Source of the DNA: Candidatus Limnocylindrales bacterium
GTDB taxonomy: Bacteria > Chloroflexota > Limnocylindria > Limnocylindrales > CSP1-4
Reading direction: 5' to 3'
DNA length: 64,000 bases
Assembly: GCA_036002525.1 (NCBI GenBank)
Contig: DASYTG010000012.1
Coordinates: 65,766 to 129,765 of the forward strand
Shown piece by piece: positions 10,095 through 20,208 of the stretch. Numbering within the stretch: position 1 is the first letter of the stretch; the number at the start of each line of letters is the position of its first letter. Position numbers and translations under genes: made by a program. Below the pieces are notes generated by a model. That model saw nothing but the letters and a program-made list of their open reading frames with translations. It made no database searches and was not told the origin of the DNA.

Positions 10095-12410
10095 TCAGAG
10101 CCGGATCGTGACCGAGATGTCGCCGACCTTTCGGAGGACCTCGGCGCTGGTCGTGCCGCGCCAGCGGTGGAACAGCAGGTCGACGGCGGCGTCGCCCACC
10201 CGGAGGTTCGTCAGCGTCACCTTGCCGAGCCAGTCCGGGAGGTTCGGCCGGAACAGCTCCAGCTCTTGCCGTCCGGCGTGGGCCCGCAGGCCCAGCATCG
10301 TCTCGAGGAAGAGGTACGGCGCGCCGGCGGCCCACGCCTGCGGCGAGCAGGCCACGGGGTACGGGACGGGGAGCGGCGACGTGTCGCGATCGAAGCCGCA
10401 GAACAGCTCCGGCAGCCGGAACTCCGGGAACCGCTGCGCCGCCTCGAAGACGCTGCCGACAAGCCGGTTCGCCTCCTCGTGGAAGCCGTACCGCTTCAGC
10501 CCCGCGGCGATGAGCGACGTGTCGTGCGGCCACACCGTCCCGGTGTGGTAGCCGATCGGGTTGTAGCCCGGTTGGCCGGCCGCGTACGTCCGGATCCCCC
10601 AGCCGGAGTAGAGGTCCGGCGAGAGGAGCCGGTCGGCGACCTCGCGCGCCCGCTCGGGCGAGACGATCCCCGACCAGAGCAGGTGCCCGGCGTTCGACGC
10701 CAGCGCGTCTGCCTGCCGTTTGTCCGCGTCGAGCGCCATCGCGTAGTAGCGCTGGTCGTCCACCCAGAACGCGGCCTCGAACCTCTCGCGGAGCTGCGCG
10801 GCGTCGCGCTCGAGCCGCTCGGCGAGCGCGGTGTCGCCCCTGACCCGTGCCAGGCCGGCCATCCGGATCTTCGCGTCGAAGACGTAGCCCTGGACCTCGG
10901 ACATCGCGATGGGTGGCGCGGCCTGCCGCCCCGTCCGGTCCCGGATCGCGTCGGATGAGTCCTTCCAGCCCTGGTTCAGAAGCCCGCGCGGGGTCCGGCG
11001 CCCGTACTCGACGAATCCGTCGCCGTCGCGATCGCCGTACGAATCGATCCAGTCGAGAGCGGCGAGGGCATTCGGCCAGAAGCGATCGAGGAGCTCCCGG
11101 TCGCCGGTCCAGTCGTGGGTGGCGCCCAGGAGGATGAGCCACAGCGGCGTAGCGTCGGCGCTGCCGAAGTACGGGCGAAACGGCAGCTCGCCGGTCGCCG
11201 CCATCTCGCCGGTCCGGAGCTCGTGGAGGATCTTGCCGGGCTCGGCGTCCCGATCGTCGTCCCGCTCTGTCGCCTGGCGGGCCGCGAGGACGGCCAGCGT
11301 CTCGATCGCCAGCTGTGGCCTGAACCCGAGGACCTGGAGCGAGGTGATGATCGTGTCGCGGCCGAAGAGCGTCGAGAACCACGGGATGCCGGCGGCGACA
11401 TAGCGCTCGCCGTCGCCCGGCCCGTCGTTGATCAGCAATCGGAGATCGTTGAGGCCGCGGGTCACGGTAAGGTTGAACAACTCGTGGTCCGTCTGGACAG
11501 CCGTCGAGCCGCGGCCCCACGCGTGATAGGCCCCGGCGGCGTCGTCGGCGGAGATGCGAGGTGGATCCGGGAACAGGTCGTCGGCCCGGCTGGACGCCGG
11601 CGCGCCGGCGGGCCCGTCACTCCCCCAGATGACCCAGCCCCACTCTCGCCGGGCGCCGGGCGGCAGCGTGCACGTCCAGCGGAGGCGTACCCAGCCGCCC
11701 AGCCGGGGCCGGCTCTCGTCCTCGGTTGCCGGGCCGATCGCGGCGGGCGCGTCCGCCAGGACGACATGGCTCGCGCGCAGCCGGCCGTCGAGGCCCTCGT
11801 ACCGGAACGTCACCCGGCGGTCGGTGATCGCGACCGGCAGGCACTGGCCACGCTCGGCGCGGGGATAGCCGCGGACCTCGAAGATGTCGGCTGCGTCAGC
11901 GGCGAGATCGAGCTCGACGTCGAAGGTCTCGGCGTGCTCGGCGTGGTTCTCCACGACCAGGCGCTCCTGGAACGCGCCGCTCCCGAGAAGCCGCTCTCGC
12001 GAGATCCCGAGCTTCCGCCCCGCCAGGGGGTCCGCGCCGCCGGTCTTGGCGGCGATGTTCCGATCGATGTTGGGGTTCGTGAGGTGGATCGTGCCCCGGA
12101 AGTTGCCGCCCATCGAGCCCTGGAGGAGGACGGGGCGGACGCCGGCGATCCGGAGCACGGAGCACGACAGGACGCGCGTGTCCCCGTTGTACAGGCCGAG
12201 ACCGCGGGAATCGGGATGGATGTCGCCGAACTGGTCCGTCAGGAGGTAGACGTTCTCGTGCTTGAGGACCTGGACGTTGCCCAGGTCGGTGGCCTGCTGG
12301 ATCGCCACCGGACCGGGCTCGACGTAGCGGACGGCTTCGGCGGCCTCGGCGGCCGATGCCGCCCGGTTCTCAGTCACCCGGGCCATTCGTCGCCCCGGTG
12401 AGCGAGCCAA
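10095..12410 (-). CDS. Amylo-alpha-1,6-glucosidase / glycogen debranching enzyme (archaeal type, GDE_N plus GDE_C)
   Basis: 771 aa. N-terminal debranching domain and C-terminal six-hairpin glucosidase region ([30 protein letters not shown]). Overlaps the prfA 3' end, so the true start may be internal. Confidence 0.75.
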   Translation of the reverse strand: MARSPGRRMARVTENRAASAAEAAEAVRYVEPGPVAIQQATDLGNVQVLKHENVYLLTDQFGDIHPDSRGLGLYNGDTRVLSCSVLRIAGVRPVLLQGSMGGNFRGTIHLTNPNIDRNIAAKTGGADPLAGRKLGISRERLLGSGAFQERLVVENHAEHAETFDVELDLAADAADIFEVRGYPRAERGQCLPVAITDRRVTFRYEGLDGRLRASHVVLADAPAAIGPATEDESRPRLGGWVRLRWTCTLPPGARREWGWVIWGSDGPAGAPASSRADDLFPDPPRISADDAAGAYHAWGRGSTAVQTDHELFNLTVTRGLNDLRLLINDGPGDGERYVAAGIPWFSTLFGRDTIITSLQVLGFRPQLAIETLAVLAARQATERDDDRDAEPGKILHELRTGEMAATGELPFRPYFGSADATPLWLILLGATHDWTGDRELLDRFWPNALAALDWIDSYGDRDGDGFVEYGRRTPRGLLNQGWKDSSDAIRDRTGRQAAPPIAMSEVQGYVFDAKIRMAGLARVRGDTALAERLERDAAQLRERFEAAFWVDDQRYYAMALDADKRQADALASNAGHLLWSGIVSPERAREVADRLLSPDLYSGWGIRTYAAGQPGYNPIGYHTGTVWPHDTSLIAAGLKRYGFHEEANRLVGSVFEAAQRFPEFRLPELFCGFDRDTSPLPVPYPVACSPQAWAAGAPYLFLETMLGLRAHAGRQELELFRPNLPDWLGKVTLTNLRVGDAAVDLLFHRWRGTTSAEVLRKVGDISVTIRL

Positions 12411-13473
12411 GCCGCTCCGCCTGGTCCGCCATGATGAGCGCGTCGACCAGCTCGTCGAGGTCGCCGCCGAGCACGCCCGACAGGTTGTGGACCGTCAGGC
12501 CGATCCGGTGATCGGTCACCCTGTCCTGCGGGAAGTTGTACGTCCGGACCTTGTCCGACCGGTCGCCCGCCCCGACCATCGAGCGCCGGGCTGCCGAGTC
12601 CGCCTCGCGTTGGCGGGCGAGCTCGAGGTCGTACAGGCGGGAGCGCAGGACCGACAGCGCCTTGGCCTTGTTCTTGTGCTGGCTCTTCTCGTCCTGGATC
12701 TCGACGACCAGGCCGCTCGGGATGTGGGTGATCCGCACCGCTGAGTCAGTGGTGTTCACCGATTGTCCACCCGGCCCGGAGGACCGCTTGACCTCGATCC
12801 TCAGATCCTTCTCCTCGTCGATGTCGATCTCGACGGCGTCCGCCTCGGGCATCACGACGACCGTGGCGGTCGACGTGTGGATTCGGCCGGACGATTCGGT
12901 TGCCGGGACACGCTGGACGCGGTGGACGCCGCCCTCGAACTTCAGGCGGCTGTACGCGCCGTCGCCGTGGATCTGGGCGATCCCCTCCTTCAGGCCGCCG
13001 ATGCCGGTCTCGTTGAGGCTGATCACCTCGGGCTTGAACCGTCGTCGCTCGGCGTAACGGAGGTACATCCGGAGGAGCTCCGCGGCGAACAGGGCGGCCT
13101 CCTCGCCGCCGGTCCCTGCCCGGATCTCCATGATGACGCTACGGTCGTCGTTGGCATCGCGCGGCAGGAGCAGGACCCGGAGGTCCTCCAGCAACCGGAT
13201 CTCGTCGGTCGAGAGCCGCTCGACCTCGTCATGGGCCATCGCCCTGAGGTCCTCGTCGGTGTCCGCGTCGCGCAGCTCACGGGCGCCGGCCAGCTCCGAC
13301 CGGGTCGCCTGCAGCCGCCGGAAGGCCGCCACGACCGGCTCGAGCCTCGCCATCTCCTTACCGAGGCGCCGAAGGGCGCTGGGGTCGGTCGACGTCTCGG
13401 GCCGGGCGAGCTCCGACTGGAGGTCGTCGTACTGGCGGGCGACCTCGGCGAGCTTCGTGTCGAGGTCGCTCAT
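12370..13473 (-). CDS. prfA: Peptide chain release factor 1
   Basis: 367 aa from the internal start [11 protein letters not shown]. Contains the PAT-type recognition motif ([13 protein letters not shown]) and the GGQ motif ([12 protein letters not shown]). The ORF-track version (534 aa) has a spurious N-terminal extension. Confidence 0.92.
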   Translation of the reverse strand: MSDLDTKLAEVARQYDDLQSELARPETSTDPSALRRLGKEMARLEPVVAAFRRLQATRSELAGARELRDADTDEDLRAMAHDEVERLSTDEIRLLEDLRVLLLPRDANDDRSVIMEIRAGTGGEEAALFAAELLRMYLRYAERRRFKPEVISLNETGIGGLKEGIAQIHGDGAYSRLKFEGGVHRVQRVPATESSGRIHTSTATVVVMPEADAVEIDIDEEKDLRIEVKRSSGPGGQSVNTTDSAVRITHIPSGLVVEIQDEKSQHKNKAKALSVLRSRLYDLELARQREADSAARRSMVGAGDRSDKVRTYNFPQDRVTDHRIGLTVHNLSGVLGGDLDELVDALIMADQAERLGSLTGATNGPGD

Positions 13474-14483
13474 ACTCCGGGCAGCGGCGGATCGATCGAG
13501 ACGGGCGCCGCAGCCTCCGCTTCGCCGACCGGGGCACGCCGCACCTTGCCGATCTCGCCCGGCCGCGGCAGCTCCAGGATGTCCCGCGGCAGGGTCCCGG
13601 CGCCCTTCGGCAGCGCCTCGCCGTCGGCCTTCAGTGCCTCTTCCATCGACACGATCGCCACTTCGATCATGTCCGGTGTCGGCTGCTTCGTGGTGATCAT
13701 CTGGACGAGGATCCCGGGCCACATGACTGCCTTGACGATGGGGTTGCGGCGGTACCGGGCGCCGAGCCGGAGGACCTCGTAGCCGACCGCCGCGAGGACC
13801 GGGATGAGGACGAAGCGGCTGCCGATCATCACGAGCGGCGCCTGCTTGCCCACGAGCGAGAAGGTGAAGATCGATAGGGCGATGAGGACCACGAGGAACT
13901 CGGTGCCGCAGCGGGGATGGGCAGTGGGGTACTTGCCGATCGACTCCGCGTCGAGCGGGTCGCCGGCCTCCCACGCGTGAATCGTCTTGTGCTCGGCGCC
14001 GTGGTACTGGAACACGCGATGGATGTCCGGCATCCGCGAGATGACCGTCAGGTAGCCGAGGAAGATCGCCACCTGGATCAGGCCCTCGACGGCCGGCTGG
14101 GCCAGCCGGCTCGTGGTGCCGCCGGTGATGACGCTCGACAGGAAGAGGGGCAGCAGGAAGAAGACGCCGATCCCTGCGAGGAGGGTGATCCCCAGCATGA
14201 GCGCGATGGCGCCCTTCCCGAGTTCCACGTCGTCCTCCTGGGCCTGGAGGCCTGCGCTCCGCACGAGCCAGCGGGTGCCGACGATCAGCGTCTCGTACAG
14301 GACGATCAGGCCGCGAACGAACGGGAGCTTGGCCCAGCGGGAGCCGTGGAACCCCGAGTCGAGACGTTCGGTGGCGTAGACGATCCGGCCGTCGGGATGG
14401 CGCAGGGCAACCGCGATCGCGTTGCGGCCGCGCATGAGGACGCCCTCGATGAGGGCCTGGCCGCCGTAGTTGTAGCGAGGCAT
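13470..14483 (-). CDS. DUF1385 domain-containing protein
   Basis: The N-terminus [19 protein letters not shown] is the DUF1385 signature. Multi-TM C-terminal half. Overlaps the prfA start by 4 nt. Confidence 0.75.
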   Translation of the reverse strand: MPRYNYGGQALIEGVLMRGRNAIAVALRHPDGRIVYATERLDSGFHGSRWAKLPFVRGLIVLYETLIVGTRWLVRSAGLQAQEDDVELGKGAIALMLGITLLAGIGVFFLLPLFLSSVITGGTTSRLAQPAVEGLIQVAIFLGYLTVISRMPDIHRVFQYHGAEHKTIHAWEAGDPLDAESIGKYPTAHPRCGTEFLVVLIALSIFTFSLVGKQAPLVMIGSRFVLIPVLAAVGYEVLRLGARYRRNPIVKAVMWPGILVQMITTKQPTPDMIEVAIVSMEEALKADGEALPKGAGTLPRDILELPRPGEIGKVRRAPVGEAEAAAPVSIDPPLPGV

Positions 14484-14521
14484 TTCGGAGTGAGTCTAGC
14501 GGCTCACGCCGACGGATCGAT

Positions 14522-14563
14522 CCTCGGTCGGACGGCGTCGCGGAGCTCCGCCTCCGACCTCGG
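14522..14563. repeat. Short intergenic palindromic repeat, family member 1
   Basis: CCTCGGTCGGACGGCGTCGCGGAGCTCCGCCTCCGACCTCGG, containing the 12-bp perfect palindrome GCGGAGCTCCGC (14540-14551). Between the rpmE stop and the DUF1385 start. Confidence 0.7.
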
Positions 14564-14598
14564 AGAGCGTGCGCCGGTTCAGCGTTGCGGGTGCCTTC

Positions 14599-14817
14599 TC
14601 AGGTGCGGACCTGGCGTTCGAGGCGCTTCTGGAACCGCTCGACCTGGCCGGCTGTGTCGATGATCGTCTGCTTGCCCGTGAAGAACGGGTGGCAGTTGGC
14701 GCACACGTCGACTCGCAGCTCCTGCCGTGTCGACCCGACGGTCCACTCGGTCCCGCACGAGCCGCAGTGGACCTTGGCCTCGTAATACTTCGGATGGATG
14801 TTCGGCTTCACGGTCAT
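14599..14817 (-). CDS. rpmE: 50S ribosomal protein L31
   Basis: 72 aa ([25 protein letters not shown]...[12 protein letters not shown]) with CxxC...CxxC zinc-ribbon-type L31 motifs. Confidence 0.95.
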   Translation of the reverse strand: MTVKPNIHPKYYEAKVHCGSCGTEWTVGSTRQELRVDVCANCHPFFTGKQTIIDTAGQVERFQKRLERQVRT

Positions 14818-15092
14818 GCCTCCGCCGTCGCGGCGACCTCGGCCGGCTCGACCCGAACCCGCTTCTTGTCCTTCGCCTCGTGCTCGAAGCGGACGGTGCC
14901 GGTTACCGTCGCGAACACCGTGTAGTCCTTGCCGAGACCGGTGCCCGCCCCGGCGAGGAATGTCATCCCGCGCTGCCGGACGATGATCGAGCCGGCCGGC
15001 ACGAGCTGTCCGTCACCGACCTTCACGCCCAGGCGCTGGCCGACGCTGTCGCGTCCGTTCTTCGAGCTGGAGCCGGCCTTCTTGTGGGCCAT
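14814..15092 (-). CDS. rpmA: 50S ribosomal protein L27
   Basis: [16 protein letters not shown]...[15 protein letters not shown] is the canonical bL27. Confidence 0.95.
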   Translation of the reverse strand: MAHKKAGSSSKNGRDSVGQRLGVKVGDGQLVPAGSIIVRQRGMTFLAGAGTGLGKDYTVFATVTGTVRFEHEAKDKKRVRVEPAEVAATAEA

Positions 15093-15098
15093 GTCGAG

Positions 15099-15797
15099 TT
15101 ACTCGTCCTTCTTCGTGCGGCTGCGCCTCGGCGCGGCCCTCGTCCCGGGTGCCTGGGTCTTCGCGGTGCCCCGCTTCGGGGCGGTCGTCCCGGCGTCGGC
15201 CGCCGAGGTCTTCGACGTCGTCGCCTTCGCTTTCGGGCTGGTGGTCTTCGACGTTGTCTTCGGGGCCGCCTTCGGGGCGTTCTTCGGGGCGGTCTTCGCG
15301 GTCGTCCCGGCCGTCCCGGCCGTCGTCTTCGACGCCTTCGCCTCGTCGGCGGCCTTGCTCTTCGCGAGCTTCGCGGCGAGGGCCGCATCCGCGGCTGCCT
15401 GCCGGGTGGCGGCCTCCTCGAGACGCTCGCGCTCCGACTTCGCGACCTGCTCGGCCTTCCGAACGGCAGCCGCGGCGCTCTTCGAGCCGAGCCGGACGTC
15501 GGTGATGCGGAGGACCGTGTGGTCCTGGCGGTGGCCCTTCTTGACCCGGCGGCGAGCCTTCGGGCGGTACTTGAACACGATGAGCTTCGGCCCCCGGTCC
15601 CGACGGACCACCTCCGCCTCGACCGAGGCGTTCTCGACGAGCGGCCGGCCGATCGCGGTCTCGTCGCCGTCAGCGACGAGCAGCACCCGGTCGAGCGTCA
15701 GCGCCTGGCCTGCTTCGACGTCGAGCAGCTCGACCTCGAGCTCGGTGCCGACCTCGACGCGATACTGCTTGCCGCCGCTCTCGATGACTGCGTACAT
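15099..15797 (-). CDS. rplU: 50S ribosomal protein L21 with a roughly 120-aa Ala/Lys/Thr/Pro-rich C-terminal extension
   Basis: The N-terminal 105 aa (MYAVIESGGKQYRVEVG...KKGHRQDHTVLRI) is bL21. The tail is composed of AKxA / KTTS / APK repeats. Confidence 0.9.
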   Translation of the reverse strand: MYAVIESGGKQYRVEVGTELEVELLDVEAGQALTLDRVLLVADGDETAIGRPLVENASVEAEVVRRDRGPKLIVFKYRPKARRRVKKGHRQDHTVLRITDVRLGSKSAAAAVRKAEQVAKSERERLEEAATRQAAADAALAAKLAKSKAADEAKASKTTAGTAGTTAKTAPKNAPKAAPKTTSKTTSPKAKATTSKTSAADAGTTAPKRGTAKTQAPGTRAAPRRSRTKKDE

Positions 15798-15914
15798 GGA
15801 TCCTCAGGGGGCCTCGGGCCGCGGCCGCACCGGGCGACCGCTGAACGGACATGGAAAAGCGGCTCGACCGGGCCGAGGCGCGAATGCGGAGTGTACGGCG
15901 GCACCCCGCGAGCG

Positions 15915-16766
15915 TCAAACGGCGGTGCCGTTCGGGACCGGCCTGGGATGGGGCCCGGGACTGCGCCCGGGATGGCGCTCCTCCGCGATGTGTTCTGCGA
16001 GGTCGTCCGCGAGCAGGAGCCGCTCGCGAACGGTGTTCCCGGCCCCGACCGGCCGACCGAGCCGCTCGGCGAGCGCACCGAGCACTTCCTCCGGCCGCCC
16101 CGAGCCGCGCTCCGGGTCGAAGCGGACCCGAATCCGGAGGCTCGTCGGTGGTCCATCGAGAATCTCGATCCCGGCCACGAGCGGCCGGAGGTCGTAGACG
16201 ACGTCCCGGCCGCCTTTTTCCCGGACGCGGGGCAGGCTCGCCTCGGCAAGGAGCGCATCCGCCGCTTCGTGGAGGATCTCCGGCCCGGGATCGGCGTGGG
16301 ACAGGAGCGTGACCCGATAGTCGGCGCCTGCGACCGCGCCGGCGAGCGGCGGCGCGCCGAGCCACACGTCGCCGAGCTCGACCAGGTGGTAGCCGTCCGG
16401 GAGCGTCGCGGCGACGGCCTCCCGGACGCGCCAGGCCGGGAGCCGCTCGGCCAGCACGAGGTCGGCGAGCTCACGCTCGGCCGCCATCCCCAGTGGCCGC
16501 GGGGCGCCGAGCGCAAGGGCCTGCCGGGCCCGTCCGGCACCTCGAGACGCGAGCGGAAGGCCGGTCGCCGCCAGCCGCTCGACCCAGCCCGCGACCAGGT
16601 CCCGCCGCGCGTCCGGCTGGTCGCTCGCAGCGCACCGGAACGCGAGACGCCAGCGCTGGCGAGGCTGGGCCGGCTCGCTCGGCGATTGCCCGTTGCCGGC
16701 ACCGGATTCACGGTCCACGTCTGGTAGTCTGCGGCACGATGAACGACCCCGCCCGAGGCCGCGCAC
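15915..16766 (-). CDS. DUF2344 (TIGR03936-like) domain protein
   Basis: Matches the DUF2344 pattern (RWRLAFRCA..., GLPLASRGAGRARQALALGAPRPLGMAAEREL..., EYRITL-like ADYRVTL). The N-terminal boundary is uncertain because the ORF overlaps the start of the divergent AI-2E gene. Confidence 0.5.
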   Translation of the reverse strand: MRGLGRGRSSCRRLPDVDRESGAGNGQSPSEPAQPRQRWRLAFRCAASDQPDARRDLVAGWVERLAATGLPLASRGAGRARQALALGAPRPLGMAAERELADLVLAERLPAWRVREAVAATLPDGYHLVELGDVWLGAPPLAGAVAGADYRVTLLSHADPGPEILHEAADALLAEASLPRVREKGGRDVVYDLRPLVAGIEILDGPPTSLRIRVRFDPERGSGRPEEVLGALAERLGRPVGAGNTVRERLLLADDLAEHIAEERHPGRSPGPHPRPVPNGTAV

Positions 16767-18025
16767 GGAAGCCCGGCCCGCCGGCCGGGGCGCGGGCGGG
16801 GCGGGCTCGCGGGGGTCCCGCGGAGGCCGCCCCGACCACGAGCCCAGACACGCCCGACGCGGACGCGCCTTTTCGCGAGCGCCGTCGGGGTGAGTCGCGC
16901 CTGCGCGCCCCGACCCCCCGCGTCGCGCTCGTCCTGTTCGCGGCGGTCCTCATCGCCTTCCTTCTCTACCTGGGCCGCGAGGCCCTCAGCCCGTTCGTCG
17001 TCGGTCTGCTCCTCGTCTACCTCCTGACCCCGCCCGTCGAATGGCTCAGTCGCCGTGGGACTCCTCGATGGGTGGCGATCCTCGTCGTCTACGTGGGCGT
17101 GGTCCTTGTGCTGATCCAGGCGCTGTCGCTGATGCTGCGGCCGCTCGTCGAGCAGATCCGTACGTTCGCCGATGATCTGCCGAACCTGCTCGGTAACCTC
17201 GATCGGTTCTACCGCGCCCTCGCCCTGCCGCCCCAGATCCGCGAGGCGCTCGATCAGTGGCTCGCCGGCCTCGCCGAGGGGGGCGGGATCGATCCCGGCG
17301 TCCTGCTCCCGGTGGTGAACGTGACCGCCGGCTTCGTGAGCTCGATCTTCGGTTACCTGATCATCCCGGTCTGGGCGTTCTACCTGCTCAAGGACCGGCA
17401 CCAGCTGACCGCCGCGACGGACCGCTCGCTGCCGCCGGAGTGGCGCGACGACAGCTGGGCGATCGCCCGGATCGTCGAGCGGGTGTTCTCACAGTGGATC
17501 CGGGCGCAGGTCTTCCTCGGTCTGACGGTCGGAGTCGCGACGTTCACCGGCTTGATGGTCCTCAACGCGACCGTCGACCCGATCTTCGGACGGTTCGCGC
17601 TGCTCCTGGCGGTCATCGCCGGCGTGTTCGAGCTGCTGCCGATCATCGGTCCGATCCTCGCCGCGATCCCGGCGGTTCTCCTCGCCCTGACCGCGGGCCT
17701 CGATGCCGGGCTGGCCGCGCTGGTGCTGTACCTGCTGGTCCAGCAGGTCGAGAACAATCTCCTCGTGCCGAAGATCCAGGGCGACGCCGTCGAGCTCCAT
17801 CCGAGCGCCGTGATGTTCTCGCTCGTCGTCGGCGGGGCGATCGCGGGATTGCTCGGGGCGATCCTCGCGCTGCCGGTGACGGCGGCGGGCCGGAACGTTT
17901 TCCGCTACCTGTTCCGCCGGCTCACGCCGCCCGGCGAGGCCACCGCTGCCGGTCCCCCAGGGTCGGCCGACACGGCTATCGGCGCGGCCCGAGCATCCGG
18001 CGCGCCAGGAGCGGCCCGTGCCTGA
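16739..18025 (+). CDS. AI-2E family transporter (PerM/YhhT-like, UPF0118)
   Basis: Eight-TM architecture and a conserved C-terminal region (LLVQQVENNLLVPKIQGDAVELHPSAVMFSLVVGG). The start is taken at the internal Met MNDPARG; the upstream part of the 510-aa ORF overlaps the DUF2344 gene. Confidence 0.75.
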   Translation: MNDPARGRARKPGPPAGARAGRARGGPAEAAPTTSPDTPDADAPFRERRRGESRLRAPTPRVALVLFAAVLIAFLLYLGREALSPFVVGLLLVYLLTPPVEWLSRRGTPRWVAILVVYVGVVLVLIQALSLMLRPLVEQIRTFADDLPNLLGNLDRFYRALALPPQIREALDQWLAGLAEGGGIDPGVLLPVVNVTAGFVSSIFGYLIIPVWAFYLLKDRHQLTAATDRSLPPEWRDDSWAIARIVERVFSQWIRAQVFLGLTVGVATFTGLMVLNATVDPIFGRFALLLAVIAGVFELLPIIGPILAAIPAVLLALTAGLDAGLAALVLYLLVQQVENNLLVPKIQGDAVELHPSAVMFSLVVGGAIAGLLGAILALPVTAAGRNVFRYLFRRLTPPGEATAAGPPGSADTAIGAARASGAPGAARA

Positions 18026-18704
18026 TCAGCCCGATCCGTACAAGACGCTGCAGGTCGATCCCGAAGCGGACCCGGAGGTCATCCAGGCCGCCTACCGCCG
18101 ACTCGCCCGCAAATACCATCCCGACGTCATGCCCGGGCCGGAAGCCGCCGCGAAGATGGTCGCGATCAACCGGGCCTGGGCCATCCTCGAGAGCCCGGAA
18201 TCCCGCTCTGCGTACGACCGCGAGCGGGCCGACGCGGCTGCCCGCGACCGCCTGCGCACGGCGGGCCGGTCGGCGGAACGCCCGGATGCGGGGCCGGGCG
18301 GCGTCGGTCCCTCTCGCCCCGTCGGCGACGTACCGCGCCGATCGCCGCCACGCGACCAGGAACCCCCGAAGGCCGGTGACGCCGTCTCGCGCGATTGGAC
18401 CTCCGGGCGCTCGACCGTCGGCAGCGGCTACGACCCGAGAACGATGCGGGCCCGGGAGGGGTTCGGGGCCGCGGGGCCGCCCCCCGGCAACCCCTCGGGG
18501 ACGGTGCTCGGCTTCGGGCGGTACGCCGGATGGTCGATCGGCGAGGTAGGCCGGCGGGACATCGAGTATCTCGAGTGGCTCGACCGGGTCCCGATCGGCC
18601 GACCCTACCGGGATGAGATCGACCAGATCCTCCGCCGGGCCGGCCGCCGGCGGGCGGCCGAGCCGGAGTCAACGCAGCGGCGGGGCCTGTTCCGGCGCGG
18701 TTGA
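18018..18704 (+). CDS. J-domain (DnaJ-like) protein with a C-terminal domain of unknown function
   Basis: N-terminal J domain (YKTLQV...AYRRLARKYHPD...AINRAWAILE) including the HPD tripeptide. The C-terminal 90 aa match nothing I recognise. Confidence 0.7.
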   Translation: MPDQPDPYKTLQVDPEADPEVIQAAYRRLARKYHPDVMPGPEAAAKMVAINRAWAILESPESRSAYDRERADAAARDRLRTAGRSAERPDAGPGGVGPSRPVGDVPRRSPPRDQEPPKAGDAVSRDWTSGRSTVGSGYDPRTMRAREGFGAAGPPPGNPSGTVLGFGRYAGWSIGEVGRRDIEYLEWLDRVPIGRPYRDEIDQILRRAGRRRAAEPESTQRRGLFRRG

Positions 18705-20027
18705 CCGCTCGGGCTCACTCGCCGGCTCGCCATCGGGCCCGCGACCCGGCTCACCAGTCGGACCCCCACCCGGCGTGTCACCGGACCCGCGATCCGGGAT
18801 GAGGCGCCGAACGACGAGGTCCGCCGTCGAGCCCTGGACAAACAGCGTGAATAGCACGACCCCGAACGTGATCCCCTGGAGCAGTTCCCGGTCCGGCAGG
18901 TCGGGCGGAAGCGACAGGGCAAGGCCAACCGAGACGGCGCCCCGAAGTCCGCCCCAGAAGAGCACGTGGAGCCACGACGTCGGGATGACCGCGCGGCGGA
19001 ATCGACCCGGCGCCACGCGACTCATCAACTGGGCGCCTCCCCCGACGAGGCCATAGACGATCAGCGCCCGCCCGAGGAGCACCGCGGCGACGGCCCAGGC
19101 GATCGGGACGACCGCCCCCGCGACGAGCTCCAGCGAGATCGCGAGCCCGAGTGCGAGGAAGATCAGGGCGCTGAGCAGGAAGGCGATGAACTCCCAGACC
19201 GTATCGATCGTCTCGAGGGCGCGAGGACTCAGGCCGTGCGTGCGGCCGTACGAGCCGAGCGTGACACCGGCGGTGACCGTTGCGATGATCCCCGACCAGC
19301 CCAGCCAGGCGGCCAGGAGGAACGACCCGTAGGCGAGCACGACGGACGCAGCAAGCTCGACGAGATGGTCACTGGTCACGGCCACCAAACGGCTCGCCAG
19401 CAGGCCGGCCGCGCCGCCGAGGACGGCGCTCCCCGCGACGCTCACGAGGAAGGCCAGGGCGCCACCGCCGACGATGTCGACCCCAGCTCCCGTTGACGGC
19501 ACACCGGTCAGGATCGCGAGGGCCACGGAGAACAGGACGATCCCGGTTCCGTCGTTGAGGAGGCTCTCGGCCTCGACGATGGTCGCGAGTCGACGCGGAG
19601 CCCGGATCCGTTTGAACGTCGCGATGACTGCAGCCGGGTCGGTTGCCGCGACCATCGCCCCGACGAGAAAGGCGGCGCCGAACGGGATGCCGGTCGTGGC
19701 GCTCAGGACCGCAGCCACGAGCCAGGCGAGAATCAGCACGCCCGGGACGGCGAGCAGGACCACGCCCAATATTGACGGCCGGAGCTCTTCGAACTCGGTC
19801 CGCAGCGCCGCCTCGAAGATGAGGCCGGGCAGGAGGACGGACAGGACGAGGTCAGGCGTGATCGGGATCGCGGCGCCGGCCGCGAGCCGGGCCACCACGA
19901 GCCCGGCGACCACCAGCCCGATCGTGAACGGCAGGCGGATGCGGCGGGCGACCAGCTCAACGACGACCGCTGCTCCGATCAGAGCGACGACGAGTCGGAG
20001 GGCGTCGAGGACCGTTGGTGTTTCCAT
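18669..20027 (-). CDS. Cation:proton antiporter (CPA1 / NhaP-type Na+/H+ exchanger)
   Basis: 452 aa with about 12 TM helices and CPA1 motifs (ATDPAAV, ESLLNDGTGIVLF). Confidence 0.8.
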   Translation of the reverse strand: METPTVLDALRLVVALIGAAVVVELVARRIRLPFTIGLVVAGLVVARLAAGAAIPITPDLVLSVLLPGLIFEAALRTEFEELRPSILGVVLLAVPGVLILAWLVAAVLSATTGIPFGAAFLVGAMVAATDPAAVIATFKRIRAPRRLATIVEAESLLNDGTGIVLFSVALAILTGVPSTGAGVDIVGGGALAFLVSVAGSAVLGGAAGLLASRLVAVTSDHLVELAASVVLAYGSFLLAAWLGWSGIIATVTAGVTLGSYGRTHGLSPRALETIDTVWEFIAFLLSALIFLALGLAISLELVAGAVVPIAWAVAAVLLGRALIVYGLVGGGAQLMSRVAPGRFRRAVIPTSWLHVLFWGGLRGAVSVGLALSLPPDLPDRELLQGITFGVVLFTLFVQGSTADLVVRRLIPDRGSGDTPGGGPTGEPGRGPDGEPASEPERSTAPEQAPPLR

Positions 20028-20208
20028 CTGCGACCGTCAGCTCCCGGCCCGGTCGCGGAACGTCGTTTCCCGGGTCACCCGGTCCGCTCGTCGTCGGCCG
20101 CCACCACCGACGACGCTGGACCGCGGTCCGCGTACCTCGACTCGGAGGATGCTTCGGGCGCCCTCGTGGAGTCGTCCACTCGCCCGGGTGTCCCGCTTCT
20201 GGTGACGA

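Noticed and set aside
9880-11520. 546-aa and other Arg-rich ORFs overlapping the glucosidase gene
   Set aside because: Alternative frames of a gene with a clear homology-supported frame.
15915-16766. DUF2344 as evidence of a radical-SAM system
   Set aside because: No radical SAM (CxxxCxxC-containing large) partner gene is adjacent, so this is probably a stand-alone remnant or orphan. The assignment itself is only moderate confidence.
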